The translations under genes and the position numbers were made by a program. Positions 12,491 to 26,069 of a stretch of DNA of 64,000 bases are shown here, piece after piece. The notes under the pieces are model-generated. The model did not search any database, was not told where the DNA came from, and saw only the letters and a program-made list of their open reading frames with translations. Within the stretch, counting starts at the first letter, position 1; every line of letters begins with the position of its first letter. This DNA is from Camelus ferus (taxonomy: Eukaryota): assembly GCF_009834535.1 (NCBI RefSeq), contig NC_045697.1:84880001-84944000 (forward strand). The letters run 5' to 3'.

Positions 12491-15400
12491 ATTTAATTAC
12501 ATGGCCCCATCTTCTGAATATGGTACGTACCAGGAAGTCCTCTAGAGACATTTAGAGATGTAAAGATCACCTCTGGAGGCAGTGCTGGATGAATAAACTC
12601 TAGGCTTTCTTCTGTTTACTCAAAGAAGTGTGAAATTATCCAGGCATTTCCTCACTAGCTTATCAAAAATTAGAACGTTTCCATTATGTTCAATTTGAAA
12701 CTTACGACGAAGTCTTGTGAATTTAGTTCTATATGTGATTGAATACAGGAAAAAGTGTTTAAAATTATAGCATCTTTTATAATGCTGTAATTAATCCAGT
12801 ATCATTCTCCAGAAAGCTACTCAATGAAAATATAAATAGCTTTTAAACAGTCTTTTTTTTTTCTTTTTTTCCAAAATTGTTCATAATTCTTCTGTTTGCA
12901 AGTGAATGTTTTTGGAGGAACTGTTTGGAGTAATAATAGAACTGAAAGTGAACGCAGTGAGGATGTCAAACATTGTTAGTCTAGTATTCCTTATAAATAT
13001 GCTAAATATGTTTCATATCTGGCAGGGGGTGGACTTTCTAACATGAAGCACACTGATGCATAAGGAGTTTATACTATATAGTTATCCCACAGAGTTTAGC
13101 ATATCTTTCAGTTTTTGTCAAATTTAACTGTGATTAGCAACTTTCTGAATCGCTTTCCATCCTTTAAGGTAACATGCTTGGATTTGAATTGTTTACTGAT
13201 GTCGGTGGATCAGAGTCCTGGGCGTTAATCTATAAAGAAAGAAGGGTCACAGGTTAGAGACCGGTGGAAAGTGCTAATTGCCCATGTGCATCTGGCCTGT
13301 GTAACAACTGATTAGGCCTGTCACATTCAGCAAAGCTGTTGAGAGCCTGGTGGAGTTTGCTATATATTGTAAATTCTGGGAATGCCTAGGGAAAAGGACC
13401 TTTGCTCCTCTCAGTGTGGATTTATCTCTTGGTCTCTTTGATCAGGGAAGAAAAAAAATTTTATTGTTGGTTTCTATAATTGGTGCTCACATCCTCTTTT
13501 CCATATCTGTAAACAAACTGATTAGCTGTTCCTGCTGATAATTAAATGGGGGTGGAGGAAAAGAGAGCAGTATCCATGAAATAAACCTAAAGTCAGGATG
13601 TGGTCACCTAGTTCAAAACCTTGGAGATTATTCCTAACCACATACAGTTTTCACCTTGTTTTATCTAAACACTCAAAAGAAAAATACTTGGTTGGATTTT
13701 GAAATAGTCTGACCAGTGTTTTTTATAGATTCTCCTGAAAGTCACTTAAAATAGCTAGGGTGGTGGGGAAAAAATAAGAGAGAGAGAAGCCAAAGAGGAC
13801 CTTGGTTTCTTCCTAGATAGATAAAAGAGACCTTATGCTACTGGCATTTAATCTTTCTTTGTTTCTGTGTGAGGTTAAACAACCACCATGAGCTGCTTCT
13901 CCTTGATTCACGCAGAAACCCAAGTAGCTGATGGGGTTTTATTTACAGAGTTGAGGACAGAACAACGTGACCTTCAATAGACAGCAAGGATTCATGTTTC
14001 CTAGCCTTAATGGCTTTTTCTTGGAGCCATCCAAAATAATCCAGGTCTCCTTTAAGACACTAGGCATGCCACCTCAACCTATAACTCTGGACTGAACCAA
14101 TGTTTTTTTTTTATAAGTGATTTATTTTGTTCAAAAGGGATGTTCATTTAAAATTAAATAACATATTAACAGGGCTTATTTTTATATCTTTTTTAAAACT
14201 GTCCTGTGGAAAAGGCCCTTTTCAAGCTAGGTTCCAAAGGAAAGGCCTGCAGATTGCTCCTTCTCAGTTCTGTTTTCACTGCAGCTTTGGAGTATTAAGG
14301 GATTTGGGAAGTTAAGGTAAGTTCCGCAATCCTAACATGCCTCACTTTTATCCAAACAAAATTTAAAACCCAAGGAGTGCCCATTATACTGAAGCAAATC
14401 AAAGGCACTACTGAACGTTGTTGCTTAAAAGCCATAATGGTTAAATGTTGAACACGCATACAAACAAACATCAAGACAAGAATTTTCTTAATAACAATTT
14501 TGATAAGAAATTTAAGAAATAAATCTTAAAGTAGAAAAATATATTTTCCCAATTCTCTTCAATTCTTATTTCCATTTTGTTTCCCCAAATAACTAATTAT
14601 ATCTTTGCCACAATCCCCATAGCGATTATGTTTTGGGGGCATATTCATACATAGCTTTCTTTTACTCTCTTCCAATTCATTTAACTAACCTACTCTCATG
14701 CCCTCTGCTCAGACACAGATTTGAGTGGTATTTATCTAGAACTCATAAGGAAACTCGATAACTTGTATGTTAGCAAACTGTATTTGAAAATATATGAATA
14801 ATACCACAAACCAAAAACATAATTCTGTTTTTAATGGATCTACTAAAAAACTAACTTGTCCTTTACAGCCAAGCAAAGACAATGTATGATGTTACAAAAA
14901 AGAGGGAAAACTTCCTTTGGAAGGCCCTTAAAAAATGTTTCTTGGCTTCCTTATAAGATAAACACTACAAAATTGTGCTAAATAATTTATCATTTTAATA
15001 TCATGATTTTATACACTGAATTGCTTTGAATTTCTCACTTCTGTTAGACTTCCTGTTGTAATATCAGCTCTGTGCATTTTGAATATGATAAAACTTCTCT
15101 TCTTTAGAACTATAAACTAACAATGTTCTTTATATTTACACTCGCATACAGTGAAATAGATCATTAAACTATTTATTTCTTAGTAAAACAAGGGTGAAAT
15201 GGAGAAATCTTTGCTCAGTTGATTTCTTGTATTTGCATTGCTTTTTGTTTCTGATAGCTGCTTGATGTTGCATATGGTAGCACAAAAGCAAATCCAGAGT
15301 TTTGCTTTACTTTAAAACATTGGATAAAATGTGATAAGTACCACACTAACCTGGAAGACTGAGAAGCTAAATAATGCATTTATTGTACTGTCCTTTACAA

Positions 15401-17089
15401 TTATTTTCATAGAATTAAACAATGACAGTTTATTTAACATTTATTATTGCTCCTGGGAGAAAAGCTGTGATTTTTAGAACTTTTACATGCTTTACATTAA
15501 ACAAACATATCTAATACATTAGTAAGTGAAAAAATTTAAAAATCACAGATAATTACCAGTGTTGAAAAAACTTTGTTCAGTTTTGGTTGGTAAGAAAGAT
15601 TTTTCTTATAACATATGCATTATTTTAAATAAATAATTCCACAAAAATCCCAGAATCAATGAAGAAATGCCTGTGGCTTGATAGTCTCAGGAAGGCCTGA
15701 GAGGGGGCTGCGTATAATTATAGTCATTTGAGGTTCTGATCTTGTTTCCAGACTGCATTTGTTCTTTTTTTTTTGTAAACAGCAGACAACTTGAGCTGGT
15801 TTTCAGGTCTGGTAATTAAAAAAGAATCAAAGCTACTGAGAAAAAAGGTGTGTTACACAGGGTTACTAAATTCACAAACAAAGCTTTGAACGTTATTGTT
15901 GAACATGTCATTTATTTTAGAGTAAGCCAGCAGTGAGTGAGGATGGAATTAATTTTGCTTCAGGTTATCATTATTATAAACTATCACTAAGGTATAAACA
16001 CAAAAATGTTTGAAATTCTGTCATAGAGCAAGGAACTTGCACAATGTCCAATAACTAAAATTTTATTTGGTAAGATGAACAGTGAAAGTTTAAAATTGAA
16101 TGTAAAAATGACATTGAAATTTTTAACAAAAAAGGATCTGTTGACTTTATGTGTAGATGGTTTCAATTTAGAAAAGACTATTTGGGAATTTGTCCACCAA
16201 AGTTTATTTATTCACTTTATTTTCTCAAAGTCCCTCCTAAGGGAAAGCATTTAAGGGTTACTCTTTTTGAAAGAGTTCTGTGGACTGCGTGTCCTCTCAT
16301 TGTTTCAATTAAGGGTCCTCAGCTGTTTTTCTCATTGTGAAGTGAAAAATAATGAATTAATTTGTTCTCTTCTGTTGAAAGTCTGTTTTGCAAAGGCCAG
16401 GCATATTGTATATTCACATGGAAAGATGGGAACTTCATGTAAAATGGCTATAGTCTTGCCTAAGGAAATGTGCAGAATGTATTCAGTTATGGTGTTTATA
16501 AGAAACTCTTCCTGACACTTGGATAAAAGAGTATTTGGATTATGGTATACATTATGGATGGATCTGGTACTGTGTGAGTGTTTAAGGAAATACATATCGT
16601 GGTTAATTTATGCACTGTCTGCTTGTTTTAATCATCTGAAAAAGAAGGATCTATCTTTTTGAAGAAAGTTTGGTGATATTAAATAATAGCCAGATACCAC
16701 CGAATACACTTACATCTGCACTGGAGTGAACAGTATAAGAAAATATAAGGAGTGAGTATACCCATGTTCTTTACCAATTCATATTTTCTAAAAAAATATC
16801 AGTACAGAAAAATAAATGCAGTTTCCATGGCTTGTCTGTTTCATGTCCATAAACGTGTAGGCTATAAAAAAAAAATCCCATAAGGGAACTCTAGCCTATT
16901 TCCTCTGATAGGAAAACTTCACCTTTTTAGTACCTTACATTTTATTAATTGTAAAAAATTAAAAGTTTGTACAGGCCAAATGAAGGGTATACAACCTGAC
17001 TGCATGATTATAAAGTAGACGTCATTTATTGTGCTCTTATTCTGTGTTAGAAAAATGATAGTTTTGCATCCACTTAAAAAAATCTTGGT

Positions 17090-17190
17090 AATAATCCTAT
17101 AAAGAGTGGGTTGTTTTCCCTATTTTATTTATGAGAAAACTTAAGCTCTGAGAAACTGAATGACCTCTCTAAGGTTGTACCACTAATGCC
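17090..17190 (-). mobile_element. MIR fragment
   Basis: ataatcctat...ccctattttatttatgagaaaacttaagctctgagaaactgaatgacct, antisense MIR core. Confidence 0.6.
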
Positions 17191-19213
17191 TGGCCTTGCT
17201 AGAATACATGGCAACCACAACTCTTCTTGCTTGTGCATTGGGCTGCCTCTTTTATGTAGTCAGGTGCTCATAATAATCATGTCCTAGTCAAGGTTCTTAC
17301 AAGAAATGGAAGTATACTCAAAGTTTCAAGAGAAAAATCAGTTGAGTAGGATAGTATTTAAATGCATGTAAGATGTCCATAAGAATCCAGGACAGGTTGA
17401 ATCTGTAGCCCTTCGGAAGAGCTCCAGAGAATGCTCTCTCTTCTCTCTCCATTTCTCGTCCTCATAAATTCCATGCTGTCCATAGTGTTACCAGCTCCCA
17501 ATCATCTTCCTACAAGTCTTCTTAGTATGCAGGACTATGGCCAGCCTCCCCATTGCTGCCTATTAGAAAGTTTCTGCAAACCTCTGACCCAATTTGTATT
17601 TTGGAGCCAGCATACCCAATACAAGGTCTTGGGGCCAGGCTTTCAATCAGGAATAGACTTTCAATGGATTATCACATTGCTTGTCCAGTCAGATCTAGTG
17701 GCAGGAAGGATCACATACTCTCCTGGTTCACTTGGAGGGACACAGATGCACAATCAGATATATCTGGTACAAGCCAGAACTTCTATTTTCCTGGGACTTA
17801 GGAATTTTATATGCAGGTTTCTATTCCATAATTGTGAAGAGCATGAAGAATTTGTTAAATTTCAGAAGTTCATACAAGATATTGCAGACTTGATGATTCA
17901 GTAGATACTTTACATTTAGTGGTTGGTTGGTAGAATATTTTGAGTTTCTCAATTTTAAATGTATACATTTAAAAAATTTAAAAAGCTTTTTATTGGCCTT
18001 TTCTCCACGGGGAAGAAAATAGGAAGTTATATTCTCTATTGCTGGACAATAGAGTTCTCTAACAGTAACATTTCAGAGGAAATTTGAAGGATATTAGTAC
18101 AATCTTCTCTTGCCCGGAAAATGGTAAACACGTCCATAGAGAAGAAAACCTCTCTGTATATTATTTTTTTTATTAACTTTAGGCATTAGTAATTGTTTTC
18201 TTTCTCAGTTGACTGGATTCAAAGAAAACATAATGATAATAAAAGAGAAATTTAGTTGAAAAGACTTGAGGTGTTCTTGCATAATAAAAAAGCAATTCAA
18301 AACATTAGTCTACTCCAAGATATATTTCTAATGAAATTGTAAACATTACAAAGTTTGTTAACCTTCTCTCACCATACTGTAGCAAGACAAGGTTTGTGTT
18401 GATAACTCTTAGTTCTAAAGGACACCAAAGCATCAATGTTAGTAAAACCTGAAGAAGTAAAACTAGTCCCATAAGAAACAGAAGCTTGTGTCATCAGTTG
18501 TATACATTTTATGCCATGGTCTTTACTTCTAGTACAAAAATATTTCCTCAGAAAAAGATCAGCTACAACTGAAAGACACTTTAAACTGTGATGCCTTTTG
18601 CATCATCTATTCATTAATCTTGTTGAATAGTTTAAATTAAAATTATATTTGTAATAGCTGTAGCTATTGCTTGATCATGCTACTACTACAGTGAATGAAT
18701 TTCTATAGACTTGATTATGAAACAATCCAGAATAATTTTATTTCCCTATTTGACCATTTTCATTAGTATACTAATTATAAAATAAAGACAAGTGTTTTGC
18801 CTTGAATTTGTGGCTATAAATGAAAGCATTTTATCCTGTCTTTGGGTTTGGAAGAGTTCAAGACATTGTAGAAATATTTATCTGCAGACTATATCATCAT
18901 AGTTCAAGGAACTGATAAGACCATTCCAGATTTCATGGTGCATAGCTTTTTAGTTTAGATAGATTTCTTGTCAATCATCTGTTTCTTATTCAAATTCCAG
19001 TAAGTCATTTTATGGTGGATTGAAATTGAATAGTTTATCTTTATACAGTATGCATTACAATTGTATGGATTCTTTGGAAAAGAACAACTGGAACATTAAA
19101 AAGAAGAAAATCATTGGAAAATATCATAGTGGTCATATCTTCAGCTACTGCTGTTTCTTTAGAAATTCAAATGCAAAATAAGTAAATGCATAAACAAGTG
19201 TATAAATATGTAT

Positions 19214-19254
19214 ACACACACACACACAGACACACACACACACACACACACACA
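19214..19254. repeat. (CA)n microsatellite with one interruption
   Basis: Seen directly. Confidence 0.95.
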
Positions 19255-19499
19255 TATATGAAACAGTGGAAAGATTAATAGACCATGTATGGGTATTATT
19301 ATCTGAGCCTGAAGTCAAATTAGCCCCAAAGCATAGTCCAAGTGGAATATTACATAGCTCAAATACTTGGCCTCCTGAAAGCAATGAAACTGTATCATTG
19401 GGTACAGGTGGCCCTTCATGTGTATCATGTACTATAGGGAAAAAACACTGGATTTAACGTATATAGTACCATTGAATGAACATTAAGTAAAGCATCAAT

Positions 19500-19660
19500 G
19501 GATGGAATAGGAGCCTGGTCCAATCTCTAATCTTTCTGAACCTCAGTTTCCATATTTGTAAAGTGGTAATAATTTCCTGGCTTACTTTACTAAATTATGC
19601 AAAGGGTAAATGAGATGATACATATGAAAAAAAAAACTGCTTTGTTATCTACTCCACACT
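19500..19660 (+). mobile_element. MIR fragment
   Basis: ctttctgaacctcagttttccatatttgtaaagtggtaataa...gggtaaatgagatgatacatatgaaa. Confidence 0.7.
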
Positions 19661-20884
19661 CTATATGACTGAGATATTATTTGGAGGAGTCAAGAGACTA
19701 AGTTATGTTTATGACTGCATTTTGGACAAAGCTTAAAAGAATGTGTATGTCAAAGGTAATATGATTAGGTATTGGAGCATATTTCTGAAAGTTACTGTGA
19801 TGTATTCTAGCTAGAAATTAAGTCACAATTCACACACCTTTTTAAATATTATTTTCCAAGTGACACATGCAAATAATTTGAAAACACCAAAGAATTCAAT
19901 AAGATTTATTTAAAACAAAGAGAGCTATCTCCTGTCCACCATGCACCCAAATATATAGAACACGTCTCTAGTACTCAGTTAGCCATTTTCAACTTTTAGA
20001 TATTTAGTTGATTCTTTGTCTGGTATTTAACTCTGTATTTCTAAATAACATGTCATACTGCTTCTTGATGCTTCTTGGGGAAGAGATGGACTTGGATAAT
20101 CACATATTAATTATGATTAATTCGAGCAGAGATATTCTTTTTAGGGAACTACAAATATAGATGTGGCCAGCAAACAACTCATGGAAGAGGAGGGTATTTC
20201 CTCTGACTCATAAAAAGTTGATAACAATTAATAGAAACTTATGGTAGGATTTTGGAAATAGATACATCTTCTAAATTTTCTTTTACACAATTCTATTTCC
20301 CAGACAAGTGTATTATTACTGCTATTTACATATGGAAAACAAATTTAAAATTAAATGTAGGATTATATGGTATATATATTATATATAAAAAGCTGTACCA
20401 GAATAAAGTAGAGGACATGCCCACCTAAGCAGTTAGAATTGAAAAATTGAATATGTCTTTGCTAAACTAGATTATGTCTCTTTTTTTGAGTATGGACAGG
20501 GCAAATGAATGTTTAGACTCAAAAAGCGAATATGATGTTGTTAATAAACATTTAATCAAAAAGGGGTTGACAACATACCATTTTGTGTTTATAGCAATGG
20601 ACAGTATCTGCCACAATAGCCATGTGGAACTTTTGTAAAATACATTTCAATTATTCATTAAAATACAACTTTTCAAAAAGCAGTTTTTCCTGCCAAAATT
20701 TAGTTAATTTAGAATACTTGCATTGTCACATCCATATTTATTAAGTGATCTTCTAGCCACTGAAGTATCCTTAATCTACTGTTGTCAGTAAATTTAAAGG
20801 GTCTTCCAGTACCCCTCATGCTCAGTATCCATATTACCAGGGATTCCTATGACAAGTGAAATTAACTGCATGGCCTTAGCTAGC

Positions 20885-21205
20885 AAAGTTTATCTTCCAT
20901 TCAGTCAGCTAAATAAATCTTTTTAAGGCATAAATCTAAGTATGTCATCTCCCCAACTTAAAGTTTTCCAGTGGACTTCAATTATATTTGAAATAAAATC
21001 CAACTACTTTTCCATGATTTATAAATCTCTGTTATCCAGGTCTGCCCTCTCAGACCTTATTTCCCCTATATCTGCTTTTCCTTCCACACGATCCAGTCAT
21101 ACTAGCTTAATGTTCCTCAAAGACTTAATTCTGCTATTTCAACCAAGCTCATTTTTAACTTGGGGGCTTTGCAATTTGTTTAGAATGTTCTTCCTCCTTG
21201 AACTA
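20885..21205 (+). mobile_element. L2 fragment (3' end continues at about 22030-22170)
   Basis: aatctttttaaggcataaatctaagtatgtcatctccccaacttaaagttttccagtgg...aataaaatccaa is typical L2 body. The L2 terminus (atagcccagaacagtgactggcatg...taaatactgaatg) appears after two inserted elements. Confidence 0.7.
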
Positions 21206-21210
21206 CTCCT

Positions 21211-21765
21211 TGTGGTAAGCAATTTGTAACATGGTTCCCCAAAATCCCCATCTCCTGATATCTATGTCCTGTGTCATCCCAGCCCCTGTGCATAAGCTAA
21301 ACCTCCAGACTCATTCTTATGAAAAGAACATGACAAAATTAGTGAGAAGCCACTTTAAGAGTAGGATATAGATAGATAGGGGCTTCTGTTTTGGGCTCTC
21401 TGTGTGTCTCACTTTCATGCCCTCTAATCCCGCATTCTAAGGGAAGCCAGATGTTACATTGTGAGTATCCCCTTAGAGAAACCCATAAGGCAAGAAAATG
21501 ATGTCTCTAGCCAATAGCCAACGAAGACTGACATCTTGCCAACAGCTTGTGAAGGCACCTGACAGCAGATCCCCTCCAGTTGAACCTGGAGATGACTGCA
21601 GCCCCAGCTGACACCATGACTGCATTCTTGCTGGAGACCCCCTGCCCGTGGACCCAGTTAAGCCATGCCTGGATTCTTGACCCATGGAAATTATGAGATA
21701 ATAAAGGTTTATTGTTTTAAGTCACAAAATCTCAAGGTAATTTCTCACTCAGGTCTTAGATCTAG
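21211..21765 (+). mobile_element. MaLR LTR, MLT1F-like solo LTR
   Basis: TGTGGT start; ggagatgactgcagccccagctgaca...cccagttaagccatgcctggattcttgaccc...gagataataaa...tgttttaagtc near the 3' end. Confidence 0.85.
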
Positions 21766-21780
21766 TACCTGTTTTCTACA

Positions 21781-21985
21781 ACGGGATCAGCAAACTTTCT
21801 GCCAAGGGCTATATAGTAAATATTTTAGCCTTTGGGGGTCATAAGGTCTTTGTCGCAAACTCCAAAATCTGCCATTATAGCAGGAAATCTGCCAAAGACA
21901 ACATGTAAATGAATGTTTGTGACGGTGGTTCCAAGCAAATTCTATTTAAGGAATAAAGTGGCAGGCCATGGTTTGCCCATCCCTA
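21781..21985 (-). mobile_element. MER58A (hAT-Charlie)
   Basis: Degenerate TIRs (acgggatcagcaaac / gtttgcccatcccta) and internal aagggctatatagtaaatattttagcctttg. Confidence 0.85.
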
Positions 21986-23859
21986 CTCTCGGAGACCATT
22001 CCAGGCCCCTGGATCTATATCATTTCTCCTAAACTAAAGTCACTATCATTTTAGCTTGTTTGATTTATTCTTTTCATATCCTTCTCATTGGAATGGAAGT
22101 TGCTTGAAAGCATATTGAGCTCTATAGCCCAGAACAGTGACTGGCATGTTAGACAGTAAATACTGAATGGGACCAAGGATTGATTTGGTGAAGTTGGAGG
22201 AGGACTTCTCAAATGAGGAAGTGTCCAGGAACCATGCTATCAATTAAAAATGTATGAAAAAGAGAAGACTAAGATATATCATGGTACAGTCAGATATCTG
22301 TCCTGCCCTGTCAAAAAGGGCATTGTTCGATCTCTGTTCCTTCAAAGTGCGGAACTATGAAGAACCACCCTCTATGGCAACCTCTTTATACCTCCCTAGA
22401 GTATTATCCATTTCTACCTCCCTTTTTCCTACTTTTGTACTTGGAATATACAAAACAATTTAAATATATAATTATTGACGTAATCATTTTTTTCAGTTTA
22501 GCTCCCCAACAAGAATGTGAATCATTTTCATCTTTGTATGCCAGAACTTGTATGTCAATGCCAGTGCTCAATAAATGGTTGTCTGTCATAGTATGTGCAC
22601 AATAAATCAACTCTGGAAAGAGGGAAATGTCGAGAGGTCGGGGGAGAGAAGAAGAAATCAATTTAGAGGAATAGTTTTTGTTCACCCCTAGGAATTCCAG
22701 ATAAAGCACAATGTTCTAAACATGAAAAATGTTCAGAAATTAGCTGGTCTGTGTCTGCAGTGTCTTCTCTCAGGGAATATTACTCCTTTCACATGATTTG
22801 TCTAGATGATTGCCTTTATTTTGCTGGTAGAAGTAAGCATTAGAAAACTTTATTGAATGCTTACTCTCCATAGATGCAAAGCCCAATCTTCCTTTTTCAT
22901 TTTGCCACATAACCACTGTGTTTTATTATGGCACAGAATACATAAATCTCCATTTTTCTTCTGGAACAATGTTTGTCATTCTCTGTAACATTATGAAATA
23001 TTAGAATATATAACAAAAGGAGGGAACAGCTGCCCTTGGGTAAAACCCTATGTTTTGCAAATGAGTAATAAATGCATCATACATACTTTTTAAGGTTATG
23101 GTTGCACAAAATACTTACTGAAGTTTATTCATAAGCATGAGTCAGTCAGATAAGAATGAGTCAAATTTGGCTTTCCAGCTTTGTAGTAATGTATTGGATT
23201 TTGCTTTATGGGGATGGTACACATACTTTTATCGAGATAATCATATGTCTGGCTGTACAAATAATGTATGTTTGTTCTTTCAGCTTAGCAAATTACAGCT
23301 CGGAGTTTGGGGACAGGGTATGGTTTGGATGTCGATGTTACTGGCTGTCGATCTTAATCTCTGCTGTTTTTGATTGTATATAATTTATTTTAATTGCAGA
23401 GAAGCATAGATTTCATATTTAACTTTGGTATAGCTTTCAACACAACATAATAGAGAGAAATCACACTACAGTTGATCTTTTTTGCTATCATTTGGTCTAT
23501 GATAGGACATTTGATCATTAACATTCTGGGTTAAAAATAAGTTGAAAAGGAATGAAACATTACGATGCTTTATGTTGGACTTTAAATTCTGCGCTACTAA
23601 CTTTTTGTATTTTTTGCATTCATTGTAGAAATAATTTTTGAAAAGCAAGAAAAAGCATGCAAACTATGAAATCATTCACAATTATAATGTTTGGAAATAA
23701 CCATAGTTTACATTTTGATATTAAGCTTCCAATCTTTTTCATATGTATTTCTATATTAAAAATCAAGAATTAAAATACAGTCAGACTGACAATAATATTT
23801 TAGACATTGATATTATTCTCTGAGAGGTTATTAGATAAACATGAATAATAATAGAAGTA

Positions 23860-24010
23860 CATTTGCTTATTTTTTGTCTGTCTGCACTTCCCTTCTAGAA
23901 TGTAAGCACCATTGGGGCAGGGACTTGTGTGTGTGAGTGTGTGTGTTTTTTAAACTCTTTAATCCCGATTGCCTGAAACAGTGCCTTGTACTTATTTGTT
24001 CAGTGAGTTA
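23860..24010 (+). mobile_element. L2 3' end
   Basis: ctagaatgtaagcaccattggggcagggact...gcctgaaacagtgccttgtac. Confidence 0.7.
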
Positions 24011-24179
24011 ATGGTAGTTGACATTTTTATGTTATGTTATAATATGTTATAAACAGATTCTAATTTCAGTATTCCTATAAAATAGTATTTTTAATGCCAG
24101 GGAGATTGTACTGTAATTCAGTTTTAACCAATCTTCATTTGAAGAACACTTAAGTTCTAATTTTTACCTGTTTGAGAAT

Positions 24180-25750
24180 AACATATTTTTCATATTCTAA
24201 TAGTTTTATCTCTTTTGTTCCTCTAGTTTAATTGAATAGACCAGAACTTTGAGAGTAATACTGAGCCACAGTGATTGCAGTGTGAATACTTATGTTAATC
24301 TTGAAGTAAGTGGAATGTCTCTAAAGTTTTATAATTAAATTCAGTGGTGGTTTTTGGCTTTAAGTAGATATTCTTATCATTTGGAAGAAATATATTTCTA
24401 TTTATACCTTACTATTTTTAAAAATAAGGATGTGATGTGAAATGTTATCAAAATTCTTTGTCATTTGGCCAATTATTATGAAATACAGATGATCAAATTT
24501 TCCTAATATTAAGCAGTTTTTAACTTAAATGGAAGATACTTATTTAGTCATGATATTTTATCTTTTATATACTATTGGATTAACTTAGCTAATATCTTGA
24601 TTTGACTTTTGTTTATTTATAAGCAAAATTTGTCTCTAATTTTCTTTTATAGAACAAACTTAGGTAGTTTTTGGTTAAAGAAGATGGGCTATTTCACTGA
24701 GATTTATTTAAATCCTTTCTATGCTCTGGAATGGTTTATTTACAAGAATATTATATTTCTTCAAATTTTGAAAGAAATCACTAATAAAAATCTTGAGAAC
24801 CATGTCTTTTAAAATAGATGAGTATTTGAAAATATATTTCCTTTATTCCACAGCAGTCATTTTATGACGATGGTGATCTTATATGGTACAGCATTTTGCA
24901 AGCTCCTTGACATACAGTTCTGCAAAATTGCAAAGATTTAAAAAAAATTTCATGACGCTGAGATAATAAGGAAAATAATGTAATATTCCTCAGAGTCATT
25001 TATTCTGGAAATCTCTCCCAATTTTTGTAGTACAGTTTTCATAAAACAAATATATGTTAAATGAGCAAACCAGTAAATTTTGTCTGTGTAAGTGGCTTAT
25101 TCAAGTTTTCTGGTGTCTTTTGGGTAATCATACTGAGAAATAATCATTTTTAGGCAATGATTCATTTGTACTCTATTTTCAAATATGTTGCCATCATGTT
25201 TCATGAGGTGTTTTCTTTTACTTTTTAAAAAACTTTTCTGAGTGACACACCTCTTTTTATCATTTCTTTTCTTTTTCCTTTTTTTTTTTTTTTTTGAGAG
25301 GGGAGGTAATTAGGGCTTTATTTATATTATTATGTGTTTATTTTAGTGGAGGTGCTGGGGATTGAACCCAGGATCTCTTGCATGCTAAGCACATACTCTA
25401 CCACTAAGCTGTGTCTACCCCACCTCCTTTATCATTTTTAATCGTATTATTGCTGTCTTTCTTTAATAGGATTTCAAACAGTTGATCAGTTTGGTCTTTC
25501 CATCAAACCAGCTTTCTTTTTTTTTAACTAATTTCAGCCTTATTTTTGTTTTACCGCTTTCCTAGTTTCTTTTGGTTTATATTGTTCTTTATATAAAGTT
25601 CTTTAGCTGAGTACTAGATTTCTTAATTTTTGACCTTTTCCTCCTGATAATAATGAAATAATTTTACTTTCATTGCATTTAGATAGGTTGTAATTTTTTT
25701 TTAGATTTCATTGTTAGGAGAATGTTTCTCAACGTCTAAGTAATTAGAAT
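24180..25750 (-). mobile_element. Highly degraded ancient L1 (L1ME/L1M5-like) ORF2 region
   Basis: ccagaactttgagagtaatactgag...aagtggaatgtctctaaagtttta...ggtttttggctttaagtagatattcttatca resembles antisense L1 RT-region DNA. Boundaries are uncertain. Confidence 0.55.
25266..25421 (-). mobile_element. tRNA(Ala)-derived camelid-type SINE (vic-1-like)
   Basis: Minus strand reads GGGGTAGACACAGCTTAGTGGTAGAG...GGGTTCAATCCCCAGCACCTCCA (A and B boxes), then an A-rich tail. Imperfect TSD acctctttttatcattt (25249-25265) / acctcctttatcattt (25422-25437). Confidence 0.85.
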
Positions 25751-25769
25751 ATTATTTAGAAGATTTTTT

Positions 25770-26062
25770 TTTCTTAATGAGGTAAAATTCACATAAAAGA
25801 AAATTAACCATTTTAAAGTGAAAATTCAATGGCATTCAGTATATTTACAATGTTGTACATCTATCATCTCTATCTCTATCCAGTTCCAAAATATTTTCAG
25901 TACCCCTAAAGGAAGCAATGCTCCCCACTCCCCTCTCTCTCCCAGCTCCTGGAACCACCAGTCTGCATTCTGTCTCTATGGATTTATCTTCCAGATACTT
26001 CACATAAGTGGCTTTATACATTGTGCATCATTTTGTGTGTGCCTTCTTTCACTTAGCATGAT
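25770..26062 (-). mobile_element. L1MB-like 3' end
   Basis: gaggtaaaattcacata...aattaaccattttaaagtg...tctgtctctatggattt...ttctttcacttagcatgatgt. Confidence 0.85.
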
Positions 26063-26069
26063 GTGCTAT

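Noticed and set aside
17431..17904. 157-aa ORF
   Set aside because: No recognisable domain or splice context; probably chance or a decayed LTR-like sequence.
25340..25421. tRNA-Ala gene
   Set aside because: Acceptor stem is degenerate and it carries a SINE tail and TSD, so it is a SINE.
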